Source of the DNA: Gammaproteobacteria bacterium
Lineage (GTDB): Bacteria; Pseudomonadota; Gammaproteobacteria; Pseudomonadales; Cellvibrionaceae
Direction of reading: 5' to 3'
DNA: 63,077 nucleotides
NCBI GenBank assembly: GCA_022600975.1
Contig: JAHZJJ010000168.1
Span: 1-63,077 of the forward strand
The notes below the pieces were generated by a model that was given only the letters and a program-made list of their open reading frames with translations, was not told the DNA's origin and ran no database searches. Numbering within the stretch: the stretch's first letter is position 1; each line of letters starts with the position of its first letter. The position numbers were made by a program, and so were the translations under genes. Positions 25,598 to 35,817 of this stretch are shown here, in pieces.

Positions 25598-26338
25598 GTG
25601 TTTAATTTATTGAGCATCGCACTTCTGGCTTTAAGCCTCTTTTCTTGTGCTGGCCAGCGTGCTCCAAGCTATTCATTAGAACAGCCTCCAAATCGTAAAA
25701 TACATCATCACACGGTCAGTCGGGGGGAGACTCTCTATGCTATCGCTTGGCGTTATAATAAGGATTTCAATAAGTTAGCGCAGATTAATGGTATTTCTAA
25801 ACCCTATCGAATTTTTCCTGGCCAACGCCTTAGATTGAGAGGTGGCCCTTCTTCAGCAACCTTGTCCAAGGGCGGTGGCAAATCCAAAACTGAAACGTTT
25901 ACAGTCTCAAAAACTAAAAAATCTTTAATATCAGCAAGGCCCGCAAAAAAGCCATTGCATTCTGCTCAGGCCTCCGTGCGTTGGCGTTGGCCGGTTAAGG
26001 GTAAACTGATTGGTCGCTTTGAAGCACAGAACCCATTGCGCAAGGGTATTGATATTGCGGGCAAAAAGAGAGAGGCTGTTTATGCAGCAGCGGATGGTGT
26101 GGTAATTTATGCTGGAAATGCGTTGCGAGGATATGGGAACTTGTTGATCGTCAAGCATAATGATCAGTTCCTGAGTGCATATGCGCATAACTACAGATTA
26201 ATTGTGGATGAAGGAGTGAGTGTCAAAGGGGGGCAACACATAGCGGAAATGGGCTCCACGGGTACCAGTCGCGATATGTTGCACTTTGAGATACGACGCA
26301 ATGGACAACCAGTGAATCCATTAGAGTATCTGCCTTAA
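25598..26338 (+). CDS. nlpD: LysM/M23 lipoprotein NlpD
   Basis: Lipobox LFSC, LysM (HTVSRGETLYAIA) and M23 domain (KGIDIAG, YAHN, LHFEIR); upstream of rpoS. Start uncertain (25511-25598). Confidence 0.9.
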   Translation: MFNLLSIALLALSLFSCAGQRAPSYSLEQPPNRKIHHHTVSRGETLYAIAWRYNKDFNKLAQINGISKPYRIFPGQRLRLRGGPSSATLSKGGGKSKTETFTVSKTKKSLISARPAKKPLHSAQASVRWRWPVKGKLIGRFEAQNPLRKGIDIAGKKREAVYAAADGVVIYAGNALRGYGNLLIVKHNDQFLSAYAHNYRLIVDEGVSVKGGQHIAEMGSTGTSRDMLHFEIRRNGQPVNPLEYLP

Positions 26339-26342
26339 TGCG

Positions 26343-26618
26343 CAGGGATAATTAACTTAACTAAAGGATAAGCACTTAGTTTGACAAGATGGGTGTAGAT
26401 GGGTGAACTTTACTACTACCGTTATTGAATGAAGGTATGGATAGGGTGGGATGATTAGATGTCAGCAGCAATTCTTCAGCTAAGGATAGTGTCAACTGAT
26501 TAAGGCCGAGTTATCTGAATTGTAGATGGCTACAGAGTTCAGCAATTTACACTCGCGGGAAGAGTGCTAAGTTGTAGAACTTCTGACTGGAGGCCAAGTT
26601 CAACAAGGAGTTGGATAA
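26343..26618 (+). promoter_or_regulatory. rpoS leader with multiple CsrA/RsmA-like GGA hairpins
   Basis: About 9 GGA in 280 nt, several in loops: GCTA-AGGA-TAGT, CACTC-GCGGGAA-GAGTG and CAAC-AAGGA-GTTG (overlaps the RBS). Confidence 0.55.
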
Positions 26619-27677
26619 ATGGAAGCACAGCGTCAAAATCAGCAAGTTGTAGAGAGTCAGGAAGATCTGCCACCGGAGTTGGCGGCGGATCAAGACTCAA
26701 AAAAAACCACTAAAAAGGAAAAAGCCTCTCGTGGTACACGAGGTCAGGCCGCGCCAAAAGTGGCAGAAATTGCCTCTTCCAAGTCACAGGGTTATAAAGT
26801 GGATGGCAAAGTCCACTTACAAAAAAACCTTGATGCCACTCAGTTATACCTCAATGAAATTGGCTTTTCTCCCTTGCTGAGTGCCGAAGAGGAGGTGTAT
26901 TACGCCCGCAAGGCATTGCGTGGCGACCCCATTTCCCGCAAACGAATGATTGAAAGCAACTTGCGGTTGGTGGTAAAAATTGCCCGTCGTTATGTGAGCC
27001 GTGGATTGGCACTGTTGGATTTGATTGAAGAGGGAAACCTCGGGTTGATTCGCGCGGTGGAAAAGTTTGACCCTGAGCGAGGTTTTAGATTTTCCACCTA
27101 TGCGACCTGGTGGATAAGACAGACGATCGAACGCGCGCTCATGAATCAAACTCGAACCATTCGTTTGCCGATTCATGTGGTAAAGGAATTAAATGTGTAC
27201 TTGCGCGCATCTCGTGAATTAGCCCAAAAGCTTGATCATGAACCTACGCCTGAAGAGATTGCAGATCTTTTAGACAAGCCGGTGGAAGATGTAGAGCGCA
27301 TATTGGGCTTGAATGAACGGGTAACTTCCGTAGATACACCAATCGGCCCCTCTTCAGAGAGAACCTTGGTAGATACGATACCGGATCGACAGGAATCCGA
27401 TCCATCGGAATTGTTACAGGACAGGGATTTATTTGAAAACATCAACCGTTGGCTCGGCGAATTACCGGACAAACAGCGAGAAGTTGTGTCTCGCCGATTC
27501 GGTTTACGGGGTTATGAAGCCAGTACTCTGGAAGAGGTGGGGCGAGAAATTGGACTGACCCGAGAGCGGGTGCGCCAAATCCAGGTTGATGCGTTAAAAA
27601 GATTGCGGGAAATTATGGAACAGCAAGGCCTTGATGGCACTTCTCTTTTCTCGGAATCAGGGGTAAAACGCAGTTAA
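26619..27677 (+). CDS. rpoS: RNA polymerase sigma factor RpoS
   Basis: [52 protein letters not shown]; nlpD-rpoS synteny. Confidence 0.98.
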   Translation: MEAQRQNQQVVESQEDLPPELAADQDSKKTTKKEKASRGTRGQAAPKVAEIASSKSQGYKVDGKVHLQKNLDATQLYLNEIGFSPLLSAEEEVYYARKALRGDPISRKRMIESNLRLVVKIARRYVSRGLALLDLIEEGNLGLIRAVEKFDPERGFRFSTYATWWIRQTIERALMNQTRTIRLPIHVVKELNVYLRASRELAQKLDHEPTPEEIADLLDKPVEDVERILGLNERVTSVDTPIGPSSERTLVDTIPDRQESDPSELLQDRDLFENINRWLGELPDKQREVVSRRFGLRGYEASTLEEVGREIGLTRERVRQIQVDALKRLREIMEQQGLDGTSLFSESGVKRS

Positions 27678-27696
27678 CTGCTTGGTGTGCTCTCAG

Positions 27697-27733
27697 AAAA
27701 ATCCCGTGAAGGGCTATTTCACGGGATTTTTTT
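27697..27733. terminator. Bidirectional intrinsic terminator between convergent rpoS and ribA
   Basis: AAAAATCCCGTGAA-loop-TTCACGGGATTTTTTT. Confidence 0.85.
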
Positions 27734-27772
27734 ATTTTTAGACCGGGCGCGAAAGCTGATGCAGTGAAAAGG

Positions 27773-28390
27773 CTAGGTTGCGTCGTCAATGGTATTATTA
27801 TCTTCCTGCAAGAGGTGCCCAAGCTTGCCCTTTTTAGTGGAGAGATATTTTGCATTATGGGGATTGCGCCCGGTTTGGTGGGATAAGCGCTCAACCACGT
27901 TCACACCCAAATCTTGTATCGCTTTTAGCTTGCGCGGATTGTTAGTCATAAGGCGGATTGCGTCGATATGCCAATGATCAATCATTGGTTTTAAAATGGA
28001 GTAATCACGCATATCGGCGCCAAAGCCCAATTGCTCGTTGGCCTCTACAGTATCGGCACCGCAGTCCTGTAGATGATAGGCGCGAATCTTGTTGAGCAGG
28101 CCGATGCCACGTCCTTCCTGGCGCAAGTAAAATATCGCACCGCGACCTTCCATAGCAATGCGATGCAGTGCATGTTGCAGTTGCGCACCACAATCACAGC
28201 GCAGAGAAAAGAGTGCGTCGCCGGTGAGGCATTCGGAGTGCACGCGCACAAGTAGTGGTGCACCGTCTGTGATATCACCCATGCTGAGCACTAAATGTTC
28301 TTTGGCAGATTTGGTATCTTCAAATCCGTGCATGGCAAACATGCCCCAAGGGGTGGGTAGCTTGGAAGATTCCACATAGTTAATGGTCAA
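27773..28390 (-). CDS. ribA: GTP cyclohydrolase II
   Basis: [20 protein letters not shown] zinc motif, RQEGRGIGL and LMTNNPRK. Confidence 0.98.
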   Translation of the reverse strand: MTINYVESSKLPTPWGMFAMHGFEDTKSAKEHLVLSMGDITDGAPLLVRVHSECLTGDALFSLRCDCGAQLQHALHRIAMEGRGAIFYLRQEGRGIGLLNKIRAYHLQDCGADTVEANEQLGFGADMRDYSILKPMIDHWHIDAIRLMTNNPRKLKAIQDLGVNVVERLSHQTGRNPHNAKYLSTKKGKLGHLLQEDNNTIDDAT

Positions 28391-28411
28391 ATTAATACCT
28401 CAAATTGTTAA

Positions 28412-29047
28412 TCAGTAGCGAGCGCGTAAAATCAGCACGCCGTTTTGTTGCTGCATATCCACGCGGCTAAGAAAACTGTTGCCAAGTAGGGTCACTTGGG
28501 GAAAGGCATCAGTGTGCACTGTAGCGTGGACATTGGTTAGCTTGATACCGTCAATAGTGACACTCTTGAGGTTCACCTGATGGGCAGTGGTTATGCCGTT
28601 GGCAGTCGATACCTTAATTGTCTGAGCGTCATTCAGATTGAGGCCAAGGCGGCGGGCTGTAGGATAATTAAAAACTACGCTGGTTGCACCGCTATCCACC
28701 ATTACCGACACTTTGCGCCCGTTAACCCAGGCGTTGGTAGTGAAATGACCACCCCCATCTGCTGTTAAACGCACCTCTGAGCGGTTTGGTTTTTGGTAGC
28801 TTGTCGCCACGGAGGTGTTTAGGGTCAGGCGTTGTTCGCGGCCATTGAATTTGATGCGAGCGAAGTCGCTGTTGGCTTCGAGCAATTGTACGCCCTCGGG
28901 AGATTTTTGCCCGGTTTTTAGTATGCGCCTGTAGCCATCGACTTCCAGTGCGGCGCTGTTGCCGAACAGTGCCTGTAAATGCACTTCCTGGGCTGTCAGG
29001 GGATAGGGCAGGAGGCAAAGAATCAAATAACTGAGTGGTTTATGCAT
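28412..29047 (-). CDS. Clan AA retropepsin-like aspartic protease (TIGR02281-like)
   Basis: Signal peptide; catalytic MVDSGAT, STANG and LLGNSFLSR; lies between pgpA and ribA. Start probably 29047. Confidence 0.88.
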   Translation of the reverse strand: MHKPLSYLILCLLPYPLTAQEVHLQALFGNSAALEVDGYRRILKTGQKSPEGVQLLEANSDFARIKFNGREQRLTLNTSVATSYQKPNRSEVRLTADGGGHFTTNAWVNGRKVSVMVDSGATSVVFNYPTARRLGLNLNDAQTIKVSTANGITTAHQVNLKSVTIDGIKLTNVHATVHTDAFPQVTLLGNSFLSRVDMQQQNGVLILRARY

Positions 29048-29546
29048 AATGTCCCTTAGGTAGCGCTGCCAATTATGCCAATCAAATAGTCGCAGTAATA
29101 GGTAGTACATTATTCCTTTTGTAAATTCGATTGGTTTGATGATTTAGGAGCAGGCCATGGTTAGGCTGACAGCCGCCAAGGCTTCGGCTTCTGCCGCCTG
29201 GATTACAGCCAAAACTAGGCTAATTGCTCCTTAAATAGCTGCATTTCGTGTTCAGTGGGTGGGGGCCACCTCAACGAATATCTATCAGCATTAACAGGAG
29301 CTATTTAAAGAGACTGTTAGCGCCTTCGCTAAGAGTTTTGCAAAGGGTAAGGAACACCTGCTAGCAAAATTTATCGGTGCCATCAATGTGTAAGTCCTAA
29401 TTCGGTTAAAATGATTTAATAACGAGCCAGGGTTAGATGGATTGTTGCCAAAGTTTTCTGCCCTAGAAGGAAATAAGTTAGCGTGCACATGCGCTAGGTC
29501 ATTTTTCTTATGAATAGGCATGGTGGATGTATTGAATTGCTCTGAT

Positions 29547-30044
29547 TTATAACCCTAAAAAGTACACGGTTACTTGCAAGATCAGCGCAGCGTAACCTGC
29601 TGCCAAAATATCGTCGAGCATAATACCTGTGCCACCATGTACTCTTCGGTCCACCCAGGCAATGGGTTGTGGTTTGATAATGTCAAATAACCGGAACAGT
29701 ACAAACCCGTACAGGACCCAGCCCCAGCCGTCCGGCGCCAAAAACATCGTCAGCCAATAGCCGACCATTTCATCCCATACGATGCCTCCATGGTCGTGTA
29801 CGCCCATTTTTTTTGACGCTGCACCACAGAGATAACAACCCAGGATCGCCGCCCCGGCTACGATGCTGATGTAAATGAGCGGCGATTGAGTTTGTAAGCC
29901 CCACCAGAAAGGGATTGCCATTAGCGTACCGAAGGTGCCGGGGGCTTTGGGCGCCAAGCCGGAACCGAAGCCGAAGGCCAAGAGCATAGTGGGGCTGCGC
30001 AACAGCTGGGCGAAGGTCGGTTGAGTAGGGTTGGACTGGGTCAT
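29547..30044 (-). CDS. pgpA: Phosphatidylglycerophosphatase A
   Basis: GFGSGLAPKAPGTFGT, HDHGGIVWDE, FRLFDIIKP and GIMLDD. Confidence 0.97.
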   Translation of the reverse strand: MTQSNPTQPTFAQLLRSPTMLLAFGFGSGLAPKAPGTFGTLMAIPFWWGLQTQSPLIYISIVAGAAILGCYLCGAASKKMGVHDHGGIVWDEMVGYWLTMFLAPDGWGWVLYGFVLFRLFDIIKPQPIAWVDRRVHGGTGIMLDDILAAGYAALILQVTVYFLGL

Positions 30045-30084
30045 TGGCGTTGTTATGTGTGATTTGAAGGTAAAAATAGTGTGC

Positions 30085-31038
30085 TTAAAAATGCTGAAAA
30101 CCGGTTTGTTGTGCTCGCCAGGGTTTGCCGTTCAAAGAGCAATGTACGTTGCCTTTACCTGCCACCAGTTGGCCGATACAGGTTACCGGCAGCTGTTTTT
30201 TTATCAGCAGTGGTAAATGTTGTTCTGCGATGGTAAAGCACAATTGATAATCGTCACCGCCGCTGGCAGCCAATTGTAGTGCATGGTTGGTGTTTAATTG
30301 GCGAGCCAATACTGCCACGGGTATCTTTTCTACTGTCAATTCGGCACTGACATCACTGGCTGTGCAAATATGGGTGAGGTCAGCAATCAGGCCATCGGAA
30401 ATATCTATGGCACTACTGGCAAAAGGTGCTATTGCTTCGGCTAAAGCGAATTGTGGCTGGGGCAAGTAATAGGCATTCTGCGCCTGTTGTAGTTGTTTAT
30501 TATCGGTTGTTTTTTGGCCCAATACGAACGGTAGCGCGGCTGCTGCAGCGCCGAGGCTATTGCTGACAAAAACGTGATCACCAACTTTGGCACCATCGCG
30601 GCGCAGGGGTTTTGCTGTGTGTGCACAACTGCCGGTAACCTGAATGGTGATTGATAGTGGGCCTTTGGTGGTGTCGCCACCCACCAGTGAAATCGCGAAT
30701 TCCGCTGCAGTTTCCAATAGCCCCTGGGAGAATTGTTGTAGCCATAGCGCATCGCTATGTGGCAGGGTTAGCGCCAGGGTAAACCACAGTGGTGTGGCAT
30801 TCATTGCCGCAAGATCACTTAAATTGACTCGTAGTGCGCGTGCGGCAATCTTTGCTGGGTCTGCTTGTGCTGGAAAATGCACATCGGCAACTAAAGTATC
30901 CACCGAGGTGGCGAGGATCGTATTTTGGGGCGCTTGCAGTAAGGCGCAATCGTCACCAATACCGAGTAGTACTCCTGGCCCTTGTGGGGCCGCAGTGAAA
31001 TAATCGCGAATGATTTGAAATTCACCAGGGCCAGGCAT
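30085..31038 (-). CDS. thiL: Thiamine-phosphate kinase
   Basis: GIGDDCA, NLSDLAAM, GGDTT, DISDGL and GGDDYQLCFT. Confidence 0.97.
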   Translation of the reverse strand: MPGPGEFQIIRDYFTAAPQGPGVLLGIGDDCALLQAPQNTILATSVDTLVADVHFPAQADPAKIAARALRVNLSDLAAMNATPLWFTLALTLPHSDALWLQQFSQGLLETAAEFAISLVGGDTTKGPLSITIQVTGSCAHTAKPLRRDGAKVGDHVFVSNSLGAAAAALPFVLGQKTTDNKQLQQAQNAYYLPQPQFALAEAIAPFASSAIDISDGLIADLTHICTASDVSAELTVEKIPVAVLARQLNTNHALQLAASGGDDYQLCFTIAEQHLPLLIKKQLPVTCIGQLVAGKGNVHCSLNGKPWRAQQTGFQHF

Positions 31039-31091
31039 GTTGTTACTCGAAAAAGAAATTCACAGTGAAGCGCGTTTGTCCGTTTGGGGCT

Positions 31092-31535
31092 TTAATGTTT
31101 ATCTGCATTGACTTCTGCGCTGCGCACCTTTATAGCTACCTTATCGAGAATGCCATTGATAAATTTAAAGGCATCGGTGGGGCCGAACTTTTTTGCCAGC
31201 GCCACGGATTCGTTAATGACGACTTTGTAAGGCACATCTACACGGTGCTGCAATTCATAGCTGGACATGCGTAGTAAAGCGCGGGAAACCGGGTCCAGCT
31301 CTGCGGTGGCACGATCGAGATAGGGGCTGAACAGGGCTTCAATTTCGTCAAGGTTTTTGGCCACGCCGTGAAACAATTGGCGAAAATAGGCCACATCTGC
31401 CTTGCTCATATCATTATCGGAGTGAAATTCTGCCTCGATGGTATTTAGATTAGCGCCGGCCATATGCCATTGGTACAGGGCTTGCATGGCGAAGTGGCGC
31501 GCTTTTCTGCGCGAAGAGGCGGTAGCAGCGGTCAT
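31092..31535 (-). CDS. nusB: Transcription antitermination factor NusB
   Basis: RRKARHFAMQALYQW, VPYKVVINE and KFINGILD. Confidence 0.97.
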   Translation of the reverse strand: MTAATASSRRKARHFAMQALYQWHMAGANLNTIEAEFHSDNDMSKADVAYFRQLFHGVAKNLDEIEALFSPYLDRATAELDPVSRALLRMSSYELQHRVDVPYKVVINESVALAKKFGPTDAFKFINGILDKVAIKVRSAEVNADKH

Positions 31536-31611
31536 GATACTTCTCGTGTCGCTCAATAGGAGCGGTGGTTGTTGAGGATTGCCATTTGGGTTTTGGAACA
31601 ATGGTTAGCGG

Positions 31612-32085
31612 TTAAATTTTGTTGAGTAAAGAAACCATTTCCAGTGCAGTTTCTGCCGCTTCACAGCCTTTATTGCCAGCTTTGGTGCCACAGCGCTCAA
31701 TCGCCTGTTCAATAGAGTCTACGGTGAGCACACCAAACGCGATAGGCACGCTAGTGTTGAGAGAAACCTGAGCAAGACCTTTGGTGCACTCACCGGCGAC
31801 ATATTCAAAGTGTGGCGTGCCGCCACGAATGACCGCACCAAGGGCAATGATTGCATCGAATTTTTTGCTTTGCGCCAATTTCTGTGCCGTTATAGGGAAT
31901 TCAAAAGCGCCAGGGGCATAATAAATAGTAATATCTTCTTCTTTAATACCTTTGCGGCGCAGGGTGTCCAGAGCGCCGTTTTTAAGGCTTTCCACCACAA
32001 AGCTGTTCCAGCGGCTTACCAGCAAGGCATAGTTTCCTTGACTGTTGGTGAAATCGCCTTCGATGACTTTAATACTACGCATCAT
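31612..32085 (-). CDS. ribH: 6,7-dimethyl-8-ribityllumazine synthase
   Basis: [22 protein letters not shown] and GTKAGNKG. Confidence 0.97.
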   Translation of the reverse strand: MMRSIKVIEGDFTNSQGNYALLVSRWNSFVVESLKNGALDTLRRKGIKEEDITIYYAPGAFEFPITAQKLAQSKKFDAIIALGAVIRGGTPHFEYVAGECTKGLAQVSLNTSVPIAFGVLTVDSIEQAIERCGTKAGNKGCEAAETALEMVSLLNKI

Positions 32086-32177
32086 TTGTTTTCCATGGTT
32101 GCAGACCGGTGACGAAATGCCGTTTACCCTGTCTGTATATTCAATTAAATGGCTGTGCCACACCGTTGTTCAGTGGC

Positions 32178-33293
32178 TTATTCCTCTTCAGCACTCAGGT
32201 ATTCTTCCACTTCCAGATCAAAACCGGAAATGGCGCTGAACTTAAATGGTGCACTCATCAGCCGCATGTTTCGCACCTTGAGATCGCGCAGTATCTGCGA
32301 GCCGGTGCCGACCTGCTTGTATACTAGATCCTGGCTGGGCCGTTGTTGCTTACCCGTGATTAGCCAATCAATACTCTCTTCAATTTCTTCGGTGGTTTCA
32401 TTGTGGCAAATTACTACTACAACACCCACACCCTCTTTTTCCACTCGTTGCATGGCGCTGCGAAAGGTCCAGGGGGCGAACTTTTCATCGCCGCGGCGGA
32501 TACAGAATACGTCGCGCAAAGTGTTGCTCACATGGACTCGCACCAGGGTTGATTGTTCCGGTGCCAGCTCGCCCTGGTAGAAGGCAAAATGGCGTTCACT
32601 GCGAGCCTTATCAAGATATGTGCGCAGTTTGAATTGGCCAAACTCGGTGCTCACTGTGCGTTCATTAATGCACTCTACGGTTTTTTCATTTAATGCCCGA
32701 TAGTTAATCAAATCGGCAATGGTGCCGATTTTTAGCTGGTGCGTTTTGGCAAAACTTTCCAGATCCGGACGGCGCGACATAGTGCCGTCTTCATTCATAA
32801 TTTCAACAATAGTAGCGGCAGCTTCAAAGCCAGCCAAGCGAGCCAGATCACAGCCGGCCTCGGTGTGCCCGGCGCGGCTCAGCACGCCTCCAGGCTGGGC
32901 GACGATGGGAAAGATATGCCCCGGTTGCACTATATCACTGGGTTTGGCATTGCGGGCCACGGCGGCACGCACGGTGCGGGCGCGGTCGGCAGCGGATATG
33001 CCGGTGGTAACACCTTCGGCGGCCTCGATAGAGACGGTAAACTTGGTGCTGAATTGAGAGCCGTTATTTTGGGACATCAACGGTAGATCGAGTTGTTTGC
33101 AACGGCTTTGAGATATGGGCATACAGATCAGGCCGCGACCATAGGTGGCCATAAAGTTGATATCTTCAGCGCGCACTTGTTCGGCAGCCATTACCAAGTC
33201 GCCTTCATTTTCGCGGTCTTCGTCATCCATCAGTACGACCATTTTGCCCTGACGGATATCGTCGATTAATTCTTCAGTAGTATTTAATTCCAT
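32178..33293 (-). CDS. ribB: 3,4-dihydroxy-2-butanone-4-phosphate synthase with degenerate GTP cyclohydrolase II-like C-terminal domain (RibBX)
   Basis: [18 protein letters not shown] and RAGHTEA; the C-terminal domain lacks the Zn-binding cysteines seen in ribA. Confidence 0.93.
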   Translation of the reverse strand: MELNTTEELIDDIRQGKMVVLMDDEDRENEGDLVMAAEQVRAEDINFMATYGRGLICMPISQSRCKQLDLPLMSQNNGSQFSTKFTVSIEAAEGVTTGISAADRARTVRAAVARNAKPSDIVQPGHIFPIVAQPGGVLSRAGHTEAGCDLARLAGFEAAATIVEIMNEDGTMSRRPDLESFAKTHQLKIGTIADLINYRALNEKTVECINERTVSTEFGQFKLRTYLDKARSERHFAFYQGELAPEQSTLVRVHVSNTLRDVFCIRRGDEKFAPWTFRSAMQRVEKEGVGVVVVICHNETTEEIEESIDWLITGKQQRPSQDLVYKQVGTGSQILRDLKVRNMRLMSAPFKFSAISGFDLEVEEYLSAEEE

Positions 33294-33394
33294 TGCTGTC
33301 GCTCTAGCTATATTGGAGTCGACATAGAGCGTCGACTAATCGAATGATGTAACAAGCACCTCTTTATCGCCTGTACCCTTCTGCAACGCAAGCT

Positions 33395-34051
33395 TTACGA
33401 TTGGTGAAAGCCGTGCTGGGCCAGAAATTCCAGCGTCATCCTCCCGCCTTTGGCCGCGGCATCTCCCAACAGCAGTCGCTCTAAATAACGTGCTATCAGG
33501 TCCACCTCGAGATTGACCTGCGTGCCGGTGCGATAGCCGCCAATTACAGTTTGTGTAAGGGTATGGGGGATGATTGTAAGCTCAAATTCGGCACCGTCGA
33601 CAGCGTTGACCGTCAGGCTGGTTCCATCCACGGTAATGGAGCCTTTGTGGGCAATATATTTAGCCAGCTCATCGGGCGCACGCAAGCGTAAAATTTCAGC
33701 CCGGGCCTCAGATTTGCGCCATAGCACTTCGCCGATGCCGTCTACATGGCCGCTGACCATATGCCCGCCGAGGCGGGTTTGCGGCGTCAGTGCCTTTTCC
33801 AGATTGACCTGCTGACCACTTCGCCAATCGCCGATGGTGGTCATGGTTAATGTCTCGCGGGAAACATCTGCCCAATAACCATCGCCGGGTAGCGCTACGA
33901 CGGTGAGACAGGCACCATTGGTGGCGATGCTGTCACCGAGTTGTACGTCCACAAGGTCTAAACTGTTGGTTTTTATGCGCAAACGTAGATCACCACCACT
34001 GGGTTGTAAGGTTGTAATTTCACCGATAGCTTCAATGATTCCTGTAAACAT
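33395..34051 (-). CDS. ribC: Riboflavin synthase (alpha chain)
   Basis: MFTGIIE N-terminus, GDSIATNGACLTV and GGHMVSGHVDG. Confidence 0.97.
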   Translation of the reverse strand: MFTGIIEAIGEITTLQPSGGDLRLRIKTNSLDLVDVQLGDSIATNGACLTVVALPGDGYWADVSRETLTMTTIGDWRSGQQVNLEKALTPQTRLGGHMVSGHVDGIGEVLWRKSEARAEILRLRAPDELAKYIAHKGSITVDGTSLTVNAVDGAEFELTIIPHTLTQTVIGGYRTGTQVNLEVDLIARYLERLLLGDAAAKGGRMTLEFLAQHGFHQS

Positions 34052-34063
34052 ATGATCTCTTGT

Positions 34064-35197
34064 TTAGCGTTCGATATCGGTTGTGGCGGTTATGCGCCAA
34101 TCATGCCCCACGGCGCGCATATCGGTAATGGTGAGCGGCAACATTGAGCCCATGCGTGCAATGGGCAGTTCAAACAGTGGCCGCGCGCTACTGCCCAACA
34201 GCTTGGGCGCCATATAGATAATTAGTTCATCTACATGGCCGCGATAGAGAAATTCACCAGACAACACAGCGCCACTTTCTACTAATACTTCGTTGCAGGC
34301 CCGCCGACCCAACTCCACCAGCAGTTCGCTCAGATTTGCCCGGCCATTTTTGTCCGCTGGCAGCGTCAATACTTCGACGCCCAATTGCTGCAACGCCGCG
34401 CAGCGTTCGGTTGGGGCTGCGCTGGTGGTGGCTATTAATGTGGTGGCGGGGTCTTGCAAAATAAAGGCTTTAGTTGGCGTGCGCAGTCGGCTGTCGACAA
34501 TTACCCGCAATGGCTGCACCTCGGCGGCCTGTTCGGCGGCGAGTATCTCGAGTGCCGTTTCATCGGCGCGTACATTCATATTGGGGTTATCGTGGCACAC
34601 CGTTTCAACGCCGGTAACAATGGCGCAGCTGCGGGCACGCAAGCGCTGCACATCGGCACGCGCGGCGGGGCCGGAAACCCATTTGGATTCACCACTGGCC
34701 ATAGCCGTGCGTCCATCCAGGCTCATGGCCGATTTGCTGCGCACTAGCGGCAAACCCAGAGTCATGCGCTTGATAAACCCTGGATTCAGAGCGCGACAGG
34801 CGTCTTCTAAAACAGGCCCCTGCACTTCGATGGCGGCATCTCGCAAGGCCTGCAGGCCTTTGCCGCACACCTGCGGGTTTGGATCCTGCATACCGTAGAC
34901 AACCTTGGCTACACCGGCATCAATAAGTGCCTGTACACAGGGACCCGTTTTGCCGCTGTGGCTACAGGGCTCCAGGGTGACATAGACGGTGGCGCCACGA
35001 GCTTTCCCCCCCGCGGCTTTAAGCGCCCCAATTTCGGCATGGGCCAGCCCTGCCCGGCGGTGCCAGCCTTCGCCGACGATAACCCCCTGATTGTCAGCAA
35101 TGACACAGCCCACTCGCGGATTGGGCATGCTCGTGTACAGGCCGAGTTCTGCCAGCTGTATTGCTCTGGCCATACAGGATTGAGGACATAGACTCAC
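34064..35197 (-). CDS. ribD: Bifunctional diaminohydroxyphosphoribosylaminopyrimidine deaminase/reductase
   Basis: [24 protein letters not shown] and [15 protein letters not shown]. Confidence 0.97.
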   Translation of the reverse strand: MSLCPQSCMARAIQLAELGLYTSMPNPRVGCVIADNQGVIVGEGWHRRAGLAHAEIGALKAAGGKARGATVYVTLEPCSHSGKTGPCVQALIDAGVAKVVYGMQDPNPQVCGKGLQALRDAAIEVQGPVLEDACRALNPGFIKRMTLGLPLVRSKSAMSLDGRTAMASGESKWVSGPAARADVQRLRARSCAIVTGVETVCHDNPNMNVRADETALEILAAEQAAEVQPLRVIVDSRLRTPTKAFILQDPATTLIATTSAAPTERCAALQQLGVEVLTLPADKNGRANLSELLVELGRRACNEVLVESGAVLSGEFLYRGHVDELIIYMAPKLLGSSARPLFELPIARMGSMLPLTITDMRAVGHDWRITATTDIER

Positions 35198-35658
35198 ACA
35201 GGCCCCCGGTGCTTTCGCAAACGCTCAATTTCATTACTGAAATCACTGACATCTTCAAAGCGGCGGTAGACTGAGGCAAACCGCACATAGGCAACTTGAT
35301 CAAGATCGTGCAACTCTTGCATCACCAATTCGCCAATGGTGATTGCCGGCAACTCACGCTCTCCGGTTTCCTGCAGGGCGCGCTTAATTTGCACTATGGC
35401 AGATTCTACCCGTTCAATACTGACTGGGCGCTTTTCCATTGCGCGCAAAATGCCATTGCGCAGTTTTCGTTCATCAAATGGTTCGCGCTGGCCATTTTGC
35501 TTAATCACACGGGGTAGAATGAGTTCAGCAGTTTCAAAGGTGGTGAAACGATCATGACATTGCAGGCATTGACGGCGGCGACGCACCTGTTCGCCGTCGG
35601 CTACCAGCCGTGAGTCTACGACCTTGGTTTCTTCTGCGTTGCAGAAAGGACAGTACAT
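35194..35658 (-). CDS. nrdR: Transcriptional repressor NrdR
   Basis: CPFC..VRRRRQC zinc ribbon, ATP cone and [11 protein letters not shown]. Confidence 0.98.
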   Translation of the reverse strand: MYCPFCNAEETKVVDSRLVADGEQVRRRRQCLQCHDRFTTFETAELILPRVIKQNGQREPFDERKLRNGILRAMEKRPVSIERVESAIVQIKRALQETGERELPAITIGELVMQELHDLDQVAYVRFASVYRRFEDVSDFSNEIERLRKHRGPV

Positions 35659-35782
35659 AGAGGAGTGGCCCCTTAGAGAAAATGGACCTTAGCTTATCAC
35701 AAGCCCTATCAAGGCCATGTATTTTTGCCCCGCGGACAGATCGCAATCAGTTCGGGTGTAAATTAATCGGTGGATTGCCGGG

Positions 35783-35814
35783 GACACAAACGGCCCTTCA
35801 GGGCCGTTTGTGTC
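35783..35814. terminator. Perfect 15-bp hairpin just downstream of glyA (terminator or mRNA-stabilising stem)
   Basis: GACACAAACGGCCCT-TC-AGGGCCGTTTGTGTC; no clear U-tract. Confidence 0.55.
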
Positions 35815-35817
35815 AGT

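Noticed and set aside
29142-29236. SRP RNA, 6S RNA or FMN riboswitch
   Set aside because: The long hairpin lacks the SRP CAGG..GNRA..AGCAG signature and RFN consensus blocks, and is too short for 6S; kept only as an unknown structure.
29291-29521. 76-aa - strand ORF in the pgpA-protease spacer
   Set aside because: No RBS and no recognisable motif.
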